A stretch of 64,000 bases of DNA from Balamuthia mandrillaris (taxonomy: Eukaryota), in NCBI GenBank assembly GCA_031835245.2, contig JAVKOQ020000011.1, positions 310,001-374,000 of the forward strand, given 5' to 3'. Made by a program: the position numbers and the translations under genes. Position 1 is the stretch's first letter; each line of letters begins with the position of its first letter. Below, in pieces: positions 63,781 through 64,000 of this stretch. Under the pieces are notes generated by a model that saw only the letters and a list, made by a program, of their open reading frames with translations, was not told where the DNA came from and made no database searches.

Positions 63781-64000
63781 CCTCTCCCCTCACTGTTCTC
63801 AGAAAGTTGAAAAGTAGAAAGAGGAGGAATGAGAAGGACAATAAAAGGAGAAGAGAAAACATACCTGGCCAGCGGAGCAGCTGATAAAATAAATACCTTT
63901 AATAGCTCGTCTAAAGCGAGCAAAACGTTCCTTTAAATCCTGCCCTTTACGATCGATCCAGTTTTGGTCAATGCTCTCATCATCAATATGAGTGCCAACC
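60830..64000 (-). CDS. Roco-family protein kinase (end of Roc, COR, TKL kinase); 5' part lies outside the window
   Basis: VGTHID at the window edge; COR motifs FLHNFGSLIYF, VILSPQWL, LIPSLLP, YLPSGFFSR; kinase motifs IGEGSFA, HRDLKSPN, KVADFG, NPVWLAPE. Confidence 0.88.

Overview
Gene-dense, intron-rich eukaryotic DNA. Short GT-AG introns carry (AG)n/(GAA)n/(TTCTC)n microsatellites, and the gene content suggests an amoebozoan such as Acanthamoeba or Balamuthia (inferred, not proven). About 25 host genes: S1/P1 nuclease, mitochondrial carrier, IBA57, NDUFV1, a PstS-domain receptor kinase-cyclase-kinase, two F-box/LRR proteins, cystathionine beta-lyase, NSUN m5C methyltransferase, tandem adenosine deaminase, Yip1 protein, CRIB-STE20 kinase, EEF1AKMT1, PhyH-HEAT dioxygenase, DUF1765-like protein, glutaminase, glutamine synthetase-family protein, PIG-P, a Roco kinase and several hypothetical genes. 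There is also one tRNA-Gln(TTG). The most interesting part is an intronless mobile island at about 9.06-13.0 kb. It holds (i) a zinc-finger RAG1/Transib-like DDE transposase whose catalytic core is scrambled by an inverted insertion but can be reassembled from both strands, bounded by CACTGCA termini and carrying a convergent orphan ORF, and (ii) directly next to it, a frameshifted Fanzor2 (TnpB-derived RNA-guided nuclease) with an N-terminal C2H2 finger, an NLS and a 3' omegaRNA-like region. A second, decayed Fanzor relic lies between an F-box gene stop codon and the tRNA-Gln. Coordinates of spliced genes are outer bounds read by eye; no database searches were run.
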